Notes: generated by a model not told the origin, from the sequence alone. A DNA stretch of 60,141 nt, filler included, from Basidiobolus meristosporus CBS 931.73 (GCA_002104905.1; 3 parts of 3 records of this genome joined end to end with filler, not necessarily neighbours in it), one strand, 5' to 3'. Positions 25,903-39,140 are shown, numbered from the whole stretch's first letter. Numbers and translations: made by a program.

Positions 25903-28900
25903 TGAAATAAATATTTGTAATTCCATCTAAATGATCACTTAACTTAGTCACTCAGATCATTACCTACAAATCTTAGAGAATACTGACCAAATTCTATGTT
26001 GGGATTTACTTTGAATATTTCACCAGAATATCAGGTATCCAGAACATGAAAATTCTAAAAGTTGTCCAAACAGCCCAAACCTTGCACACATGTTTTTGGA
26101 CCTTCCTGAGTCCATTCTATATACTTGCTATGCCAAGACCATGTAAAGTATAAATAGTGTTTTTACATTCATTTATCAATAAGTGAAAGCCACATAATCT
26201 ACTTGTTTTCCCAACGACTTCCAATATATCCAAGACTCTTACAACAGGTTATGAGCCCTAAGCTCTCACTCTCTGCAATGTCTACTATTGTGGTTACTGG
26301 AACATCCCCCTCTGCTGAAGAGTTGGATGGATCCAACTGCCAGATGTGGAAGGTGAAGATGAGGATGCTGCCACCAGAAAGAGGACTTTTGTATATTGTC
26401 CTGGCAGAAGAATGCCCTCCTGAGAGAGTGGTAGAGAAATCCCTAATGTACTGGAAGAAAGAATACAGTCCCATTGACTGTATTTGCCTTAATGTCAAAA
26501 ACAAGTACCTAATTCAATGTTAAAGAGCAAACACAGTAAAGAATATCTGGAAGGCATTGAAAGTAACCTATCAGTTATGCTCAGCTTATTAGAAAATGTA
26601 TCTTAGACAAAAACACTTTGCCACAGAATTCTGCCTGGAGAAGTGATAAATAATCTAATTAGCAGAATTATCCTGCGGGTGGATGAGTTGTAATTAGTGG
26701 GCATACTAACTAACAATAAGGAGGTGATAGTTACCATCATGAATAGTCTGATAGACAGGTTTAAGGGCCTTGTATCAGCCCTAGAATTCAGAATTGAGGA
26801 TTTATCCTTTAGTTGCATATATGGAAGACTCCTGGATAAAGAATTAAGAGAATTAAGTGCCAATAATAAGGAAAAAGAAACGCATTATTAACCTATGATG
26901 ACCAACAAAAGCAATACCCAAGTTTCTTCAAAGGCAATAGCAAACTGTATTGCAACTACTGCAAAAAGAAAGGACATGTGTCAGACCAGTGCTTCACACA
27001 GAGAGTTAGTCAGCAGAAGAAACATGCATATGAAAATGCAGCAGCAATTGAAGATAGACTATCTGTACCTGTGCTGGATATGACCTCAAATAAGAGTTCT
27101 TGGATGTGGTATATTGACTCAGGAGCTTCTCAGCACTTTCCACACCAAAAAGAACTTTTTACTCAACAGACTTGTTCTACTGGATAGTGCCACATAGTGC
27201 CAGATCAATATTCATTTCAAGTTCATGAGTCCCAGACTGTAAAGAAGTTTCTAGATAGTCCTCAGACAAAGTTAGAGAGATCTGTAATGACTAAGGAGTA
27301 TTAGGCCCCTGATGGAAAATCAAACTTGTGAATTAGTCATATTACCAATCAACCAAAATTAATTGGCTGCAGATGTGTCTTGAAAAAAAAGGATAGCCGA
27401 TGGTTTCATGAAAGAGGTAAAGCAAGACTTGTCACCAAAGTATAATGATATAAAAGGGACTTGACTATACAAGGAACTTTGCTCTGGTAGCCAAGTTGAT
27501 TCCATCAGATTATTATTGGCTATTGAAACAAATATAAGCCTATTCATACATCAAAAGGATGGGGAAGCTGCATTTTTAAATGAGAACTGGATAAGGATGT
27601 GTACATAGACCAGCCCAATGGGTTTGCTCTCCAAGATAAGCCCCATTTGGTCTGCAAGCTTAAAGGATCTCTATAGGGTCTCATACAATCACCAAGAGCC
27701 TTGAATTGCAAGATATAATCTTATTTGGAATTTCTGGAAACCTTTCACAACAGCACCATACACCAGGTCAATGTGTACAGCTCAGAGCAAAGCTACCAGA
27801 GCTTGCCAAACTGCTTGATTAGACACAAGTCCACAAGAGTGGGCCAAGTTGTGTTAATAAGTGGCATCACATTGCACTCAGTCAAGGGTCATGCATATGC
27901 ATTAAGTTGCACCTGCTCAAGCTGTAACACCTGGCCCTCAGCAAATTACATCTGGTGAGTTTACTAGCAATAACCTACTGGAAGTGCCTCCACCACAGGA
28001 GCCTTTGGCAAGTAAAAGAACACATCAGGACATGGCACTTCAGGCTGGTTCCATAACTTCATCAAGAGCAATTCTGCATGGCCAAGCTCAGGCACAGGAC
28101 TTATCAACTAGGAGGCAAAATGCTGACTACCAGTACACAAGTACGCAAGATGATAGTCAACAAAGAAGTAGTTTAGATTTGCAAAATGAATCATTACAAA
28201 ATGCTTCAGTAATGATCTTTGTGAGCAAAAAACCCAGGAGAAGATGATATAATTACACTAAAATACTATACTTGTCACAATTGACCCAACACATTTTTTT
28301 GCTATCTACATTGAGGCATTGCAAACCAGTGGTTACTATTAAAATATAAGTAATATCAAGGTGGTCTCACATTTGAGACAGAACCACTATAAATAAGAAC
28401 CCTCACTGCTTACAAATCATCTGTAACACCAGTGCAGCTATTTAATTTGTGTTGCACCAACACAATTGATTGTGTGCCAGCTATAATACCTGATCCAATC
28501 ACTGATATCAGGAACTTACTTAATGTGCACAATGAGGTACTTGATGGCATATTGGGTGGCTTGTATACTGATCAATGAGCCAATTGGGGCTTGCAGCTCA
28601 GGATACTTTAGGCCAATCAATAACTGAAACACCATCCAATTTGAGTGATGGTTACCAAAATGGCAAGTATGAAAGAAACTGACAGTGTAATATACATTAA
28701 TTCCTACTTACATTGAAGAAACATTTCAAATACTGGATTTAACCTACTCTTGTAGTGGTGTCCAATAGTGCATGTGATGCAAACATTACAAGCTGACACA
28801 ATCATCAATGCTAACTTCATTGCGTCAGATTATGCCATAGTATGCAAGATTGTACCACAAAATGCAAAATTATGCTAGATAGATTCTGCCTACTGGTAGC

Positions 28901-29100
28901 TACAACATTATGACTAATTAATCTTACCAACCAGGCACTGCACCGCATGCCCTGGTACACTACATTGGAACAAGTGTAATATCAAGGAATTCCAATTAAG
29001 AAGTTTTTCATGGGTGGCAATAGAACATCTGAGGTAGTAGGAGAAGTAGCTATACAAGTCAACCTCAGAGGCAAGGAACATAGCTACACTCTTACCTGAT
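25903..29100 (+). mobile_element. Copia family-1 5' portion (LTR-PBS-gag-PR), interrupted by a PHIS derivative
   Basis: LTR ends ACAACA at 26246; PBS GGTTATGAGCCC at 26247-26258; gag LDGSNCQMWKVKMRML. The PR reading FTQ|YQ(G)IPIKKFFMG resumes at 28978. Confidence 0.85.
27168..28977 (+). mobile_element. PHIS deletion derivative carrying a copia RT fragment
   Basis: Left TIR AGACTTGTTC at 27168; right TIR ..GGAACAAGTGT at 28977; flanks AAC/AAT. 27211-27745 is copia RT (VCKLKGSL*GLIQSPRA); 27745-28977 matches 50135-51426. Confidence 0.8.
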
Positions 29101-29109
29101 ATATCACTC

Positions 29110-30126
29110 AAATTTAGTAGTATTGACCTACTGGCAGTAGCATCAGTGCAGAGTTGTTTCCCAGATAAACCTTTCTTACGGGAATAGTCTTTGAGTTGCT
29201 GAACCAGTCCTTTATACCACAAATATGCTGTGATGCTCCAGAGTCAATATACCATTCATTAGTTTGGTACTTGCACTCACTTGTACAGTTACAAATAACT
29301 GTTCATCAGTAGTTATATGGTTTGCCTGCTCCAGTTTTAGTTGTTTGCCTGCTTGCTTCTTCTTGCATTCTCTTGCCTAGTGTCCTGGCTTCTTACAGTA
29401 GTTACAGCAACCAGGTTCTTCTTGGTTTTGCTGCTTCCCCTTATTTTCAGTTTGCTTCTCTGAGCTGAATTAAGTAATGTCTTCAATTTTCTCTGCTTGA
29501 TCATTACATCTAGGTTCTTCATGGAGAAGTCTTCCTTTGACATAGTCTATAATTAAGTTATCTGCTCTGCTTTCAAAAGAAAGTATTGGTGGCTCAAACT
29601 TGTTTGGTTGGCTGCACAAGTAGACAGAGTTTCTTTTCTTCATTATCTACACCATCATTAATACTGTAAAGTTCTTCTGCAAGTGTCTCCATTCTTGTAA
29701 TAAGTTGTAGCATGTCATCATCTGGCTTCTTCCTTATGTTGGGGGACTTTTGTTTTAGATATAGCTTGCTTGATACTGATTTTGGTCAAAGATCTCCTAC
29801 AAGGATTCCCATGCTGCTTTGGCAGTACTTGAAGCATGTATTTGTCCAATGAAGGAATATTGTACATTGATACATATAGCACCAAAGGCCTTTCTCTCCT
29901 TGTCTTGAAACTTCTCCACTGCTTCCGCTGCTCGTTTAGGCTCAACTTCTTTTCCTGTTACTATTTTCCAAAGCCCTCTTTCCTCAAGGTGGATCTGCAT
30001 CTTAATTATCCAAAGTCTGTAGTTCTTCCTGTCAAACCTCTCCTTTACAGGGAAGATGTTTGTATTGTTCTGTTTGCTGGTAGAAGTCATCTTTACAATA
30101 GATCAAGGCAATTGGGGCTCATAACC
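29110..30126 (-). pseudogene. gag: Copia family-2 PBS-gag-PR
   Basis: ERFDRKNYRLWIIKMQIHLEERGLWKIVTG (gag); WYIDSGASQHICG (PR); PBS reverse complement GGTTATGAGCCCC at 30114-30126. Confidence 0.82.
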
Positions 30127-30370
30127 TGTTGCAATTTAGGAAATGATTTGGATATATGGAACCTATCAAGATATAGTGTTAATGGTTGAGCTGTTGTTTA
30201 TTCATAAAGATGATCAGTATTTATACCTTTGTAGACATAATACAGCTGCACTAATAAGTAAGGAGGGTTTCTTAACATTCAGGAGCATTCTGTAGCAGTT
30301 TCAGGGTTAGTACAAAATGCTTGGTAAGAAGTGTTAATATAATCCTCACTCTAGGGTTATAATCATTGGA
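30127..30370 (-). repeat. Probable copia family-2 LTR (far boundary uncertain)
   Basis: Reverse complement ends ..TTGCAACA directly before the PBS. Purine tract (reverse complement TTAAGGGGGAG, 30373-30383) lies on the other side. Confidence 0.55.
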
Positions 30371-30384
30371 TTCTCCCCCTTAAC

Positions 30385-30760
30385 TAAAAAATATCTTAAT
30401 GATAATCCATCTGCAGGAGTTTCTGATTGTAGCTTAGCTAGTGGCTTTGTCCATTTATCTGCCGCCATTTTGTCTGTTGGGTAGTAAACTCACTCTATTA
30501 AGTTATTTTCTACAGCTTCCCTTGTATACTGGTGCTGTATATCTATGAGCTTAGTTCTGGCAAATTTAGTAGGGTTTCTAGCTAAAGAAATACAACTGTT
30601 ATCATCCCTATAAATATATGTTGGTTTATGTGAATTAGATCCTGAGTCTTTGCATAAAATTTGTAGCCATACAGCCTCCTTAAATGCTTGACAAGCAGCT
30701 AATTATTTGCCTTCAGTTGTAGATAGGGCCATCAATGGTTGTAAGTACTTGCTGGGCCTG
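30385..30760 (-). pseudogene. pol: Copia RNase H C-terminus
   Basis: GDDNSCISLARNP..RTKLIDIQHQYTREAVEN..PTDKMAADKWTKPL. Confidence 0.75.
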
Positions 30761-32475
30761 ATACATCCTTGCTCTAGTTCTTTAAGGGGGCTTACTCACT
30801 GGGGGGCTATCTCCTGTATCAATGGCATTATCCATGTCTCTGACTGGGGGTAGGCCAATAAGTTCATCTGGAAACATGTCTTAATATTCCTTCAAAAGAG
30901 TCTGGACCTCCTGGGATGCTGGAGTAAAGGGGTCCTCCTGTGATACTGCCGTGAATAAGATCTGGGTACCTTTTCTAAGTGCTCTACAGAGCTGTGTGTT
31001 GCAAGGCTCATTTGTTTCACACCCATTGGAATTGACCAAGTCAAAATCCATTCTGGCAGGTAACAGCTAATAGGTCTTGTTGTCCATCAGGATTTGACTA
31101 ACATGTGTTCTCCAGTTGATAGATGGACTACAACAAAATAGCCAGGGTTTTCCAAGTACAAGATCAAACTTATAGTACCAAATATAAAGCCTGTGGGACT
31201 TCTTCAAAGTCATTGATCTTCATTCTTACTGGCTGAATAATATGGTTAGTTATGTGAGAGCTCCCATCTGCTCTTGAGACTGTAGTTAATTTGGCTGGTT
31301 CCAAGTTCATTTCAGCTTTCAGGCAAGTTGCACTGACATGTACCCATGCAATGCTCCTGAGTCAATCATGATATTGGTAAACACTCCATTGATTACTTCA
31401 TCCAAGTAAAATAGCTTCTCTGAGTTTGAGGTTGTTTGGAAAAGGTATTCTTTGGTCATATGGAAGGTGAGTCCTGAGTTTTCTGTAAGTTCATTCACCA
31501 TGTTACTATGCTCAAGGGCTTCAATATGGCTCAAGGTTCTTGATGGCTGGTGTCTGTTTCTTCTCTGAGGGCGGTACTTTGCATTATGTCCCTGCTGGTG
31601 GCAATTAAAGCAAAGCCCATTCTTCTGAGGTAGGATTCTTCTGTATAGCATCTATTTTTATTGGCACTGCTACAGGTTATCTTCTGTCATAGTAATTGTA
31701 GCCTCTCTGGTTAGTCATTGTTGGCTTTCTGACTCCTAACATAACTGAGTCATAGTCAATGGCAATCTTGGTAGCTTCTTCAATAGTCTGAGGTCTTCGA
31801 TTATTCACTTCCTTACAAGTTCTTTCTTTCAACCCATCAAAAAAGTATTTGACTTGATCCAGAGGGTCCATTCTTTCAATTTGTGCAAGCAGACATCTAT
31901 ATTCACAGATGTACTCTTTGACCATTCCTTTCTGTCTGAGTATCTTCAACTTTCTTCTTAGTAGTGTCTGTTGGTGTGAGGGTTCAAAGGCATCCTGAAT
32001 TTCCAACACAAACTTGTCTTTGGTAGAGATTGTAGAGCATCCCATCATGCTTGCTGACCTGATCTTGTTGGTGTACCGCTGTAAAGCTGCATCTGCCAGG
32101 TAAGAGGCTGTATAATATAACTTGTTTTCTGGAGCAATTCCCTTAGCTTTGAAAGCTTCTTCAATCTGGAAGAGCCAAGTTCCCAGGTTTTTACTGACTC
32201 TACCGTGGTACTGGTTGACCTTCACACCAAAGTTGCTCTTGACAGGGTTTTGCTGGCTTTGGGCCATGGTAGTCATTCCTTGTTGCTGCTGGCTGAGGAT
32301 CCAGAGTAACTGTTGCTGCTGGGCCAGGATTTGCTGCATAGCATTCTTCCATTCTTGATTCTTGGACATCTTGAGGGAGGCTTCCTCTTTCTTCAGCAGT
32401 GATGTTTCTGGTAATTGCTGCTACCAATGTTATAAGTCTTGGTATAAGCGTTATAGAGGAATAGGGAGCTTAGCC
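30760..32475 (-). mobile_element. gag: Second copy of gypsy family 2 (LTR end, PBS, gag, PR)
   Basis: The 230-aa gag ORF at 31677-32369 is homologous to 23000-23830; CFNCHQQGH knuckle; IMIDSGA; PBS reverse complement TGGTAGCAGCA next to the LTR end at 32428. Confidence 0.85.
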
Positions 32476-32829
32476 ATATTATAGAGCAAAAAGCAGAAGA
32501 CAATAAGATGAACAAGTAATATTAAGCTTTGTAAGATATGAACAACTTTTTTAAAAACCAAAAATTAAATATGATATATTAAACATCAAATATCATAGTA
32601 TCAAAGAAGCAAATATAAAATACCATATTTAAAGTTAGAGCTTAAAAAATAAATTAAAACTTATTTTCAATGTTTAATTGAAAACCTTTTTGAAAAACAA
32701 AATCAAATTTAATTAAGGACTTTTCTTTAAAACCATTATGTAAAAAACATTGAAAGACTCAACATATTATATATATTTTTGGTACAAAATACAATAAAAT
32801 TGTTTCTTGAATTTGAAAAATATATAGTT

Positions 32830-34830
32830 ACCATTATAATGATCAAGTGATTTGGAGTCTTATAGATCAATCTACATCCTTCTGGCTTTCTCCCATTTGG
32901 TAAGTCTACCAGTTCCCATGTTTTGCTATGATCAGCAATTGGTGCTTATCCTGCATGGCCTGTTGCCACTTAGTGGCACCAGGACTTTGCATTGCCAGTT
33001 GCAGCTTCTGGGGTTCCACACATAAGGCAAGAAAAGCTTCTTTATGATCATTGGATGTCTGCCACTAGGATCAAAGAGCATTTCTTATTCTAGTATAGCT
33101 CCTAACAGGAAAAATATGTTCTAATCAGGAACAGATATTACTTTTGTCTGTTTCTGGCTGAATTGGGTATATATCCTTTTTATTAGCGTTGATTGCTTCA
33201 TCAAGGAGCTGGCCAGTGATATCAGTGTTTATCTGATCTGAATTCTCCTCAAGTATAACCTCACTGCTCTGAATCAGCAATTGAATTTTGTCATCATACA
33301 CTCTATACCCTATAGTATTCTCACAATACCTAAGAAAGATCCCTCTTGACTCTTTGGCTCCAACTTTGAGTTTTTCTTTTAGGGATGTGAGAACCAACAT
33401 CTCTGTCCAAGATCCTGAGGTTTTGGAGGTCTGCTTTTTTGCCTGTATATGCTTCAGAGGGTGTGGAGTCTTGTAGTGCTGTTGTTGGGCATCTATTCTT
33501 GCTGTATACCATGGTAGCAATGGATTCACTCCAAAACTTGCAGTCTATTGCCTTATCATGTAGCATAGATCTTCCCTTCTCAAATTTTGTTCTATTTGCA
33601 TGTTTTGCAACTCCAATTTGCTGTGGACTATGTGGAACAGTGGTCTTTTAGAGTATGCCAGTAGATGAGCAGTATTCCTCTCCATTGTCACTTTGAAGTA
33701 CCTTCAGTTAACACCCAGCTTGTTTGAGTGCCATGTTATTGAAGTACTTAGCATATCCCAAGCATTATTCTTTGTCATCAGGAAGTACACCTATGGATAT
33801 CATGTCTTGTCATCAATGAATGTCATATAGTGTCTCTTGGCCACAAAGAATAGTGTTCTCATGGGCCCACATATGTGTGAGTGCACAATAGCCAATATCT
33901 TGATGATGTTATTAACTCCCAAGCTCCTGAATTGTTACTTAGCTTGTTTGCCTTATCAACATCTCTTTCAGATATTCAATTTGATTGAAATTGAGTAATT
34001 CAGGCCCAAAACAAGCTAATTTTTAACTAGTTGACTTATTTTCTGTTCCCAAATGTGTCCTAGCCTCTTATGCCATTTCTCACAGCTGGTGTCATCAGTT
34101 TCAGCAATACTAAGATACTCAGCTACAATGATATTGCATTGTAGCTTATATATCTAGTGATCTCTGATTTCCTAGGCTAATTTTTGTCAATTTTTGCTCA
34201 ATCTAGAACAGCACAGCTTAGTAAAAGCATATTTCAGTCCCTGACTAATATCTTTACTGACTGAAAGTAGGTTCTTAGCTATTGCCAGCACATAGAGTAT
34301 GTCAGTCAGTTTTGCTATTACTGCCTCTGAGATATCACTCATATCTAGCTGTATAGATCCACTGGTAGTAGCTTATGGTGCAGTGTTGACTCCCAGATAA
34401 ACCCTTCCTGTGGAGATAAGCATTGAGTTGCTGATCCACTCCTTATATTGCAAATATGCTGTGATGCTCCAAAGTAAATATTGCATTCATTACTTAGCTT
34501 ACTTGCACTCTCTAGTACTGTTACCAACAACTGCTCTTCAATACTTGTATGTTTTGCCTACTCTAATTTCTGTTTTTTTGGTCTGCTTATTTCTTCTTGC
34601 ATTCTCCTGCCCAGTGTCCTGGCTTCATACAGTAGTTAGAGTAACCATGTCCTTATATCTGAATTCTTCATGGATGAGTCTTCCTTTGACAAAGTTGGAA
34701 GCCAGATTGTCTCTCTGCTTTCAAAGAAAGTATGAGTGGCTAACATTTGTCTGGTAAGCTGCAAAGCAGACAGAGTATCTTTTCTTTGTCATCTACACCA
34801 GCATTCTTTTGACAAGCTCTGCCTGTCATT
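32830..34830 (-). pseudogene. pol: Copia family-2 gag-PR-IN-RT start, decayed
   Basis: 34500-34800 is homologous to 29330-29660; LQSDNGEEY and FWSESIATMVYSKNRCPT (IN); TWELVDLPNGRKP (RT start). Confidence 0.7.
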
Positions 34831-34859
34831 CAAACAGTCTTGATGCATTCTACTTTTAT

Positions 34860-36650
34860 TTGAGTGGACATAACTGTTCAATACATCCAATTGCCATGTA
34901 TGGCAAGAAGCTTGATGGTGTTCTGAATGCCACATAGCAAGCCTTTGATGGCATTATAACTGCAGTATGGCTGCCTACAGCTTGCACTGTCCAATGCTAC
35001 AATAACATCATACCCAACAGTTTTTCTTTTTCTACCTCCTGTTGAGTCATTCATGTATTTCAATGTAGAAGCACCACTTCTTACTTACATACCCACTACT
35101 ACCTTAGGTACTCCATATACAGTCCAAATCAGAAGAAACCATGGCCTTGTGATTACTAACCTCTACATATGTGCACACCTGCTGCAGTTGACATACTTCT
35201 GTCATCTCAACCTTACAGCATTTCAGTGTGATACTTTCTAAGTTGCCTTATACCATATACTACTGGTGATATATACATGTTGCAAACATTTCCCTGGCTG
35301 CTACCACTTTTGCCATATCTACCATGTGAATATCCACAAACAACTTCCTGGTATTTATCTATTATATTACATCTCCCTGCAAGATTCTGGACCCTCTGGT
35401 TCTTGTTTCAGTGAGTTTGTATTGAATGATGTAAAACAGGCTTATGATCATGAGAAACATGGCATTCATTGGCAATGCTGTCCCCATAGATATTAGTTGC
35501 TAGTTGCACCCATCCCAACTTTGCACTACTGGATTGATTACCCATGCTTTGGGACTGCCTAGCTTCCTAATATCAAAGACAGCTTTGTCACTATTTACAC
35601 ATCTGTTCTCAGTATATTCCAACTTTGCCTGGCCGTCTTCCATATGCCAGCTCATCTAATCCGTGACAGACTTGAAGGTAATATTATTGATGAGATTGGG
35701 ATATGGTAGTACCGGCTACTTGACTGCCTCCCTATCTCCCCACTCATACACTCCATTGGAAACTCCCAAAAGGTGATGCACAACCCAATATTCTCCATAC
35801 CCCAGTTAAGATGGAGTAGGGAATTGATACTGTAGAGGTAGCAATCTACAGATTCAGCTTTATACTTGTAGTATACCCTATGTTATATAACTGTTATGAA
35901 CCCATCAAAAGGCCTTCATAAAGTTAGAGGCTGATGATGAAGAGGTATTGTCCCATCTGGACACTGTGCAGAGACTGCTAAAAAATATTGCCCCCCAGAT
36001 TTCACAAAAAACTTAATCAGAATTTTCCATAACAATAAACACAAGTGGCCTCTGATTGGTCCTTTATCAATTCTCTCAACTTCTGATCCCAGACACTTTA
36101 TCACCTTGTTCTGCTGTAATGCTCTGTTTCCATGACTTTGGCAGGAGCCCTGCAGCTTTATGCAACTGATCATTTCCAGATTCCCTTGCCTCCTAGTCTT
36201 CAGCCAACACTGCATGGTCCAGCACTTCAACTGCCAGGCTTGGCAATGAATCATTACAATACTCAGGTGTGTTTTTCTGAGTACTTCTCATGAAGAAGTG
36301 CTGCAATCTCTGCGTGTGCCTACTAATGTTCCAAAATTGCACTGAAGGTATTGTAATAGTGTCTTAAGCACTGATGTAGTTGTTTTGTCTGTCAAAGGGA
36401 TCTCCGCTAAGTCTTCAATGGAGGATGTGGTGGCAGTGGTAGACAGATTGCTTTTCTCTGCCATCTCATCTACTGCACTGGAGTGTAGCACAGCTGGCTG
36501 CACTTGCAACTCTTAAGGAAACTGTTGTTCTGTAGTTGGCAATTCTTCTTGGCCATGATGGAATTTAGCCTGTTCTAGACTGGCAGTATTGATTGGGGGG
36601 TGCTGCAGCACTTTCCTGACACCTCCTTTATATGGTACTCTGTTTTCCCC
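34860..36650 (-). mobile_element. CMC-like chimeric fragment: accessory-gene 3' part joined to transposase 3' part
   Basis: 35890-36650 is homologous to 11960-12970 and 46130-47400; 34860-35880 is homologous to 14190-15006 and 18300-19320. Confidence 0.7.
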
Positions 36651-38205
36651 TTGATGAATGCTGCACTGATGCAGGTGTTTTTGCCTGCTTGTCCCTTACT
36701 GGTGCTCTGCTGGCTAAAGTAATAAGTGTCTTTGGACATAACCACAAGTCTATAGAAAGCTCCCTTGACCACATTGCTTCTTTTGTATCTTCCCAGGCTG
36801 CCATATATTCTGCCTCTGTGGAAGAAAGTGATAGAGTCAAGATTGGTGTTTCCAATGGTGGATCTTTTGCCTTCTGCTCTCTGTGCTCAGAAAGCATTGG
36901 AATATCCCACAGGATATTGCTCTGAGCTCTAATAGGTGGACCTTAAGCAGATATCAGAGTTCCTTTTAGGTATCTCAAAATCCTTGTGACTGCTGCAAAA
37001 TGCTCCAATCCATTTTTCTCATTGTGCTGGCTGACAAGTCCTGCTGAATATGAGATATCTAAAAGTGTTCCAAGCACAATATACATAAGTTCCAAGCACA
37101 ATATACATCAGCCTACCAACCATATATTGATCAGGAAAGTGAGGGCTCTCAGATGTCACTAGGCTCCCTTAGTTTAGTTTCATATTGACCAAGTTAAGAC
37201 TTGTCTCCAATGGGGTGGCTGAAAATTAACAGTCTTCCATCTGGTACTTCTTTAGTATATCTTGTGGTTAGCAGTGTTCCTTTCAAAACTTGAAGACTCC
37301 TAGTAAGAATCTATCTTGCAATTCCAGGCTCTTGGTAGTTATTTGGGTCCATGGAGAGATTTTTTAATCTTGCTGACCAAGTGTGGGTTAACTTGGTCAA
37401 CAAGCTTATCAGGTTAGTCCATCTACATGTCCTCATTAAGTTCCCTATCCCAAAATGTAGCTCTTGCATCCATTTGATATATAAAAATCTAATATCTGGA
37501 TACAATAGCCTATATTATTCTGAATTAATTAATCTTTGTTACTGGTCACAGTCTGGTCAAGTTGCTTATTTTGGAGAATTCTTTTGCTGTAATCTAGCTT
37601 TGTTTTTTCAATTGTACTATCAGCCTTGCATATTGTCTTGAAGACTATCTGCCTTTAATTGTTTTGTGGTTCATGGGTAATGGAATAAGACCTAGATTTG
37701 ATTTTCCGTTAGGGCCTGATACTTCTCAGTGCCTGCAGCTCTCCAATACTTTGCTTGATGACTACTTAGGCCCTCTTTTACAATCTGGAGTTTGTTGATA
37801 TATACTAAATAAGTGTTGACCAAGTTTGTACCCTCATTGATATAGTGATATGGGCTATTTCTGGTGTAGTTGGAGATCCAGGCTTGTGCTACTGGAATGC
37901 TCACTTCTTCAATGCTCCTGAACACTGATTCAGAGTGGTCCACAGCTGTAGCATCCTCTGGAGTGAGGTAATCCTCATGGTCTTGCTCTTACTTAATCCA
38001 GAGTAATAATGGACTTGATATTAGATTATTGTCATCAACTGATATCATTTGTTGTGAATTTTAAATTTTGCTCAAACAGCACATCCATGGGTCTTATCAG
38101 CTTCTTTGCATTGGCATTTCAGAGTCTCTATGCCTTACTCTTGTTGCAGTAGCCCAAAAACACTCATTTTGCACTACTGGGCTGAACTTTTGACTGATGT
38201 CTAGG

Positions 38206-38734
38206 TGTCATGATCACATGACAACCATGAACACCCATGCCAAGTTTCAGCTTCCTAGCTCAATTTCTAAGAGATTCCTTCTGGAACCTTCTACCACCTT
38301 CCAGAAAGTTCCTGACCATTCCAAACCATTGTTACACAATGGAACATTCCATGGAAGCTTTCCATCGTATTTTTCATAGTCTAGTACCATATATGGAAAT
38401 ACCAGGTCACATGACTTAGTCACATGATCAGGTGACCCAATCCATTTCCCCATCCTGTCTCAGTGCCGTGTCATCTATGTCATTATCCCCAGCACCATTG
38501 CTGTGCCTCACCCCACAACCCCATTAGTATTAGCTAATATCTCTCGGCATCAGTATAGCCAAAAAGTATATATAGTCCTATTCCCCCTTAAGTATTCCTC
38601 AGTCTGATAAACACAGGTCTTGAATAAACAGCCTTGCTTTGGAAATCCGCCTTGCCTTGTTGATCCACACCTAAGTCCTTTCCTGGTCCTGCCTTGCCTA
38701 GCCCTACTCTCCTGCCTTGTGTCTATTCATAACA
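38206..38734 (+). repeat. 5' LTR
   Basis: TGTCATG...CATAACA; direct repeat of 43595-44123. Confidence 0.97.
38567..38611 (+). promoter_or_regulatory. LTR TATA box and inferred transcript 5' end
   Basis: TATATATA at 38567-38574; AGTCTGATAAA begins about 27 nt downstream (38601) and is complementary to the PBS position. Confidence 0.65.
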
Positions 38735-38736
38735 GT

Positions 38737-38747
38737 TTTATCAGACT
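38737..38747 (+). promoter_or_regulatory. Self-priming PBS (Tf1-type)
   Basis: TTTATCAGACT is the exact 11-nt reverse complement of 38601-38611; there is no TGG tRNA-type PBS after the LTR. Confidence 0.8.
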
Positions 38748-39140
38748 CTCCTGACTTACCTGTGGATTCCTGCCTTCTGCCCAAAGTTTGAAGAAAACTT
38801 GTAAAAGGAATACTCACCGTAAGTATCACCCATCATCTTTCCCTAGTCTTGTCCTATAAAGGCAAAGATACTTTATCTTTGTAAAACTATTGGTCAAAGC
38901 TGCATTCACTTTATTACCCTGCTGGTGGAGTTTACAGTTGTTACAGTATTGGAAGCTTTAGTACAACACCCTATCAAAGGACGTTAAAACCAGTACCTTC
39001 TGAAGTGACGCTAACTTATTTAAGTTGGGGATTGTGGCTCAATAGTTGTATTCTTGACATACTAGTGGCTTTACAAACCCACAATCTAGTTTAGTATATT
39101 CCAGTATTCCTTGCAAGTTCATCCGCCTTCCTCTGCTACC

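Noticed and set aside
38247-38453. Duplicated 68-aa ORF (also 43636-43842)
   Set aside because: It is an antisense frame inside the near-identical LTRs, with no independent coding evidence.
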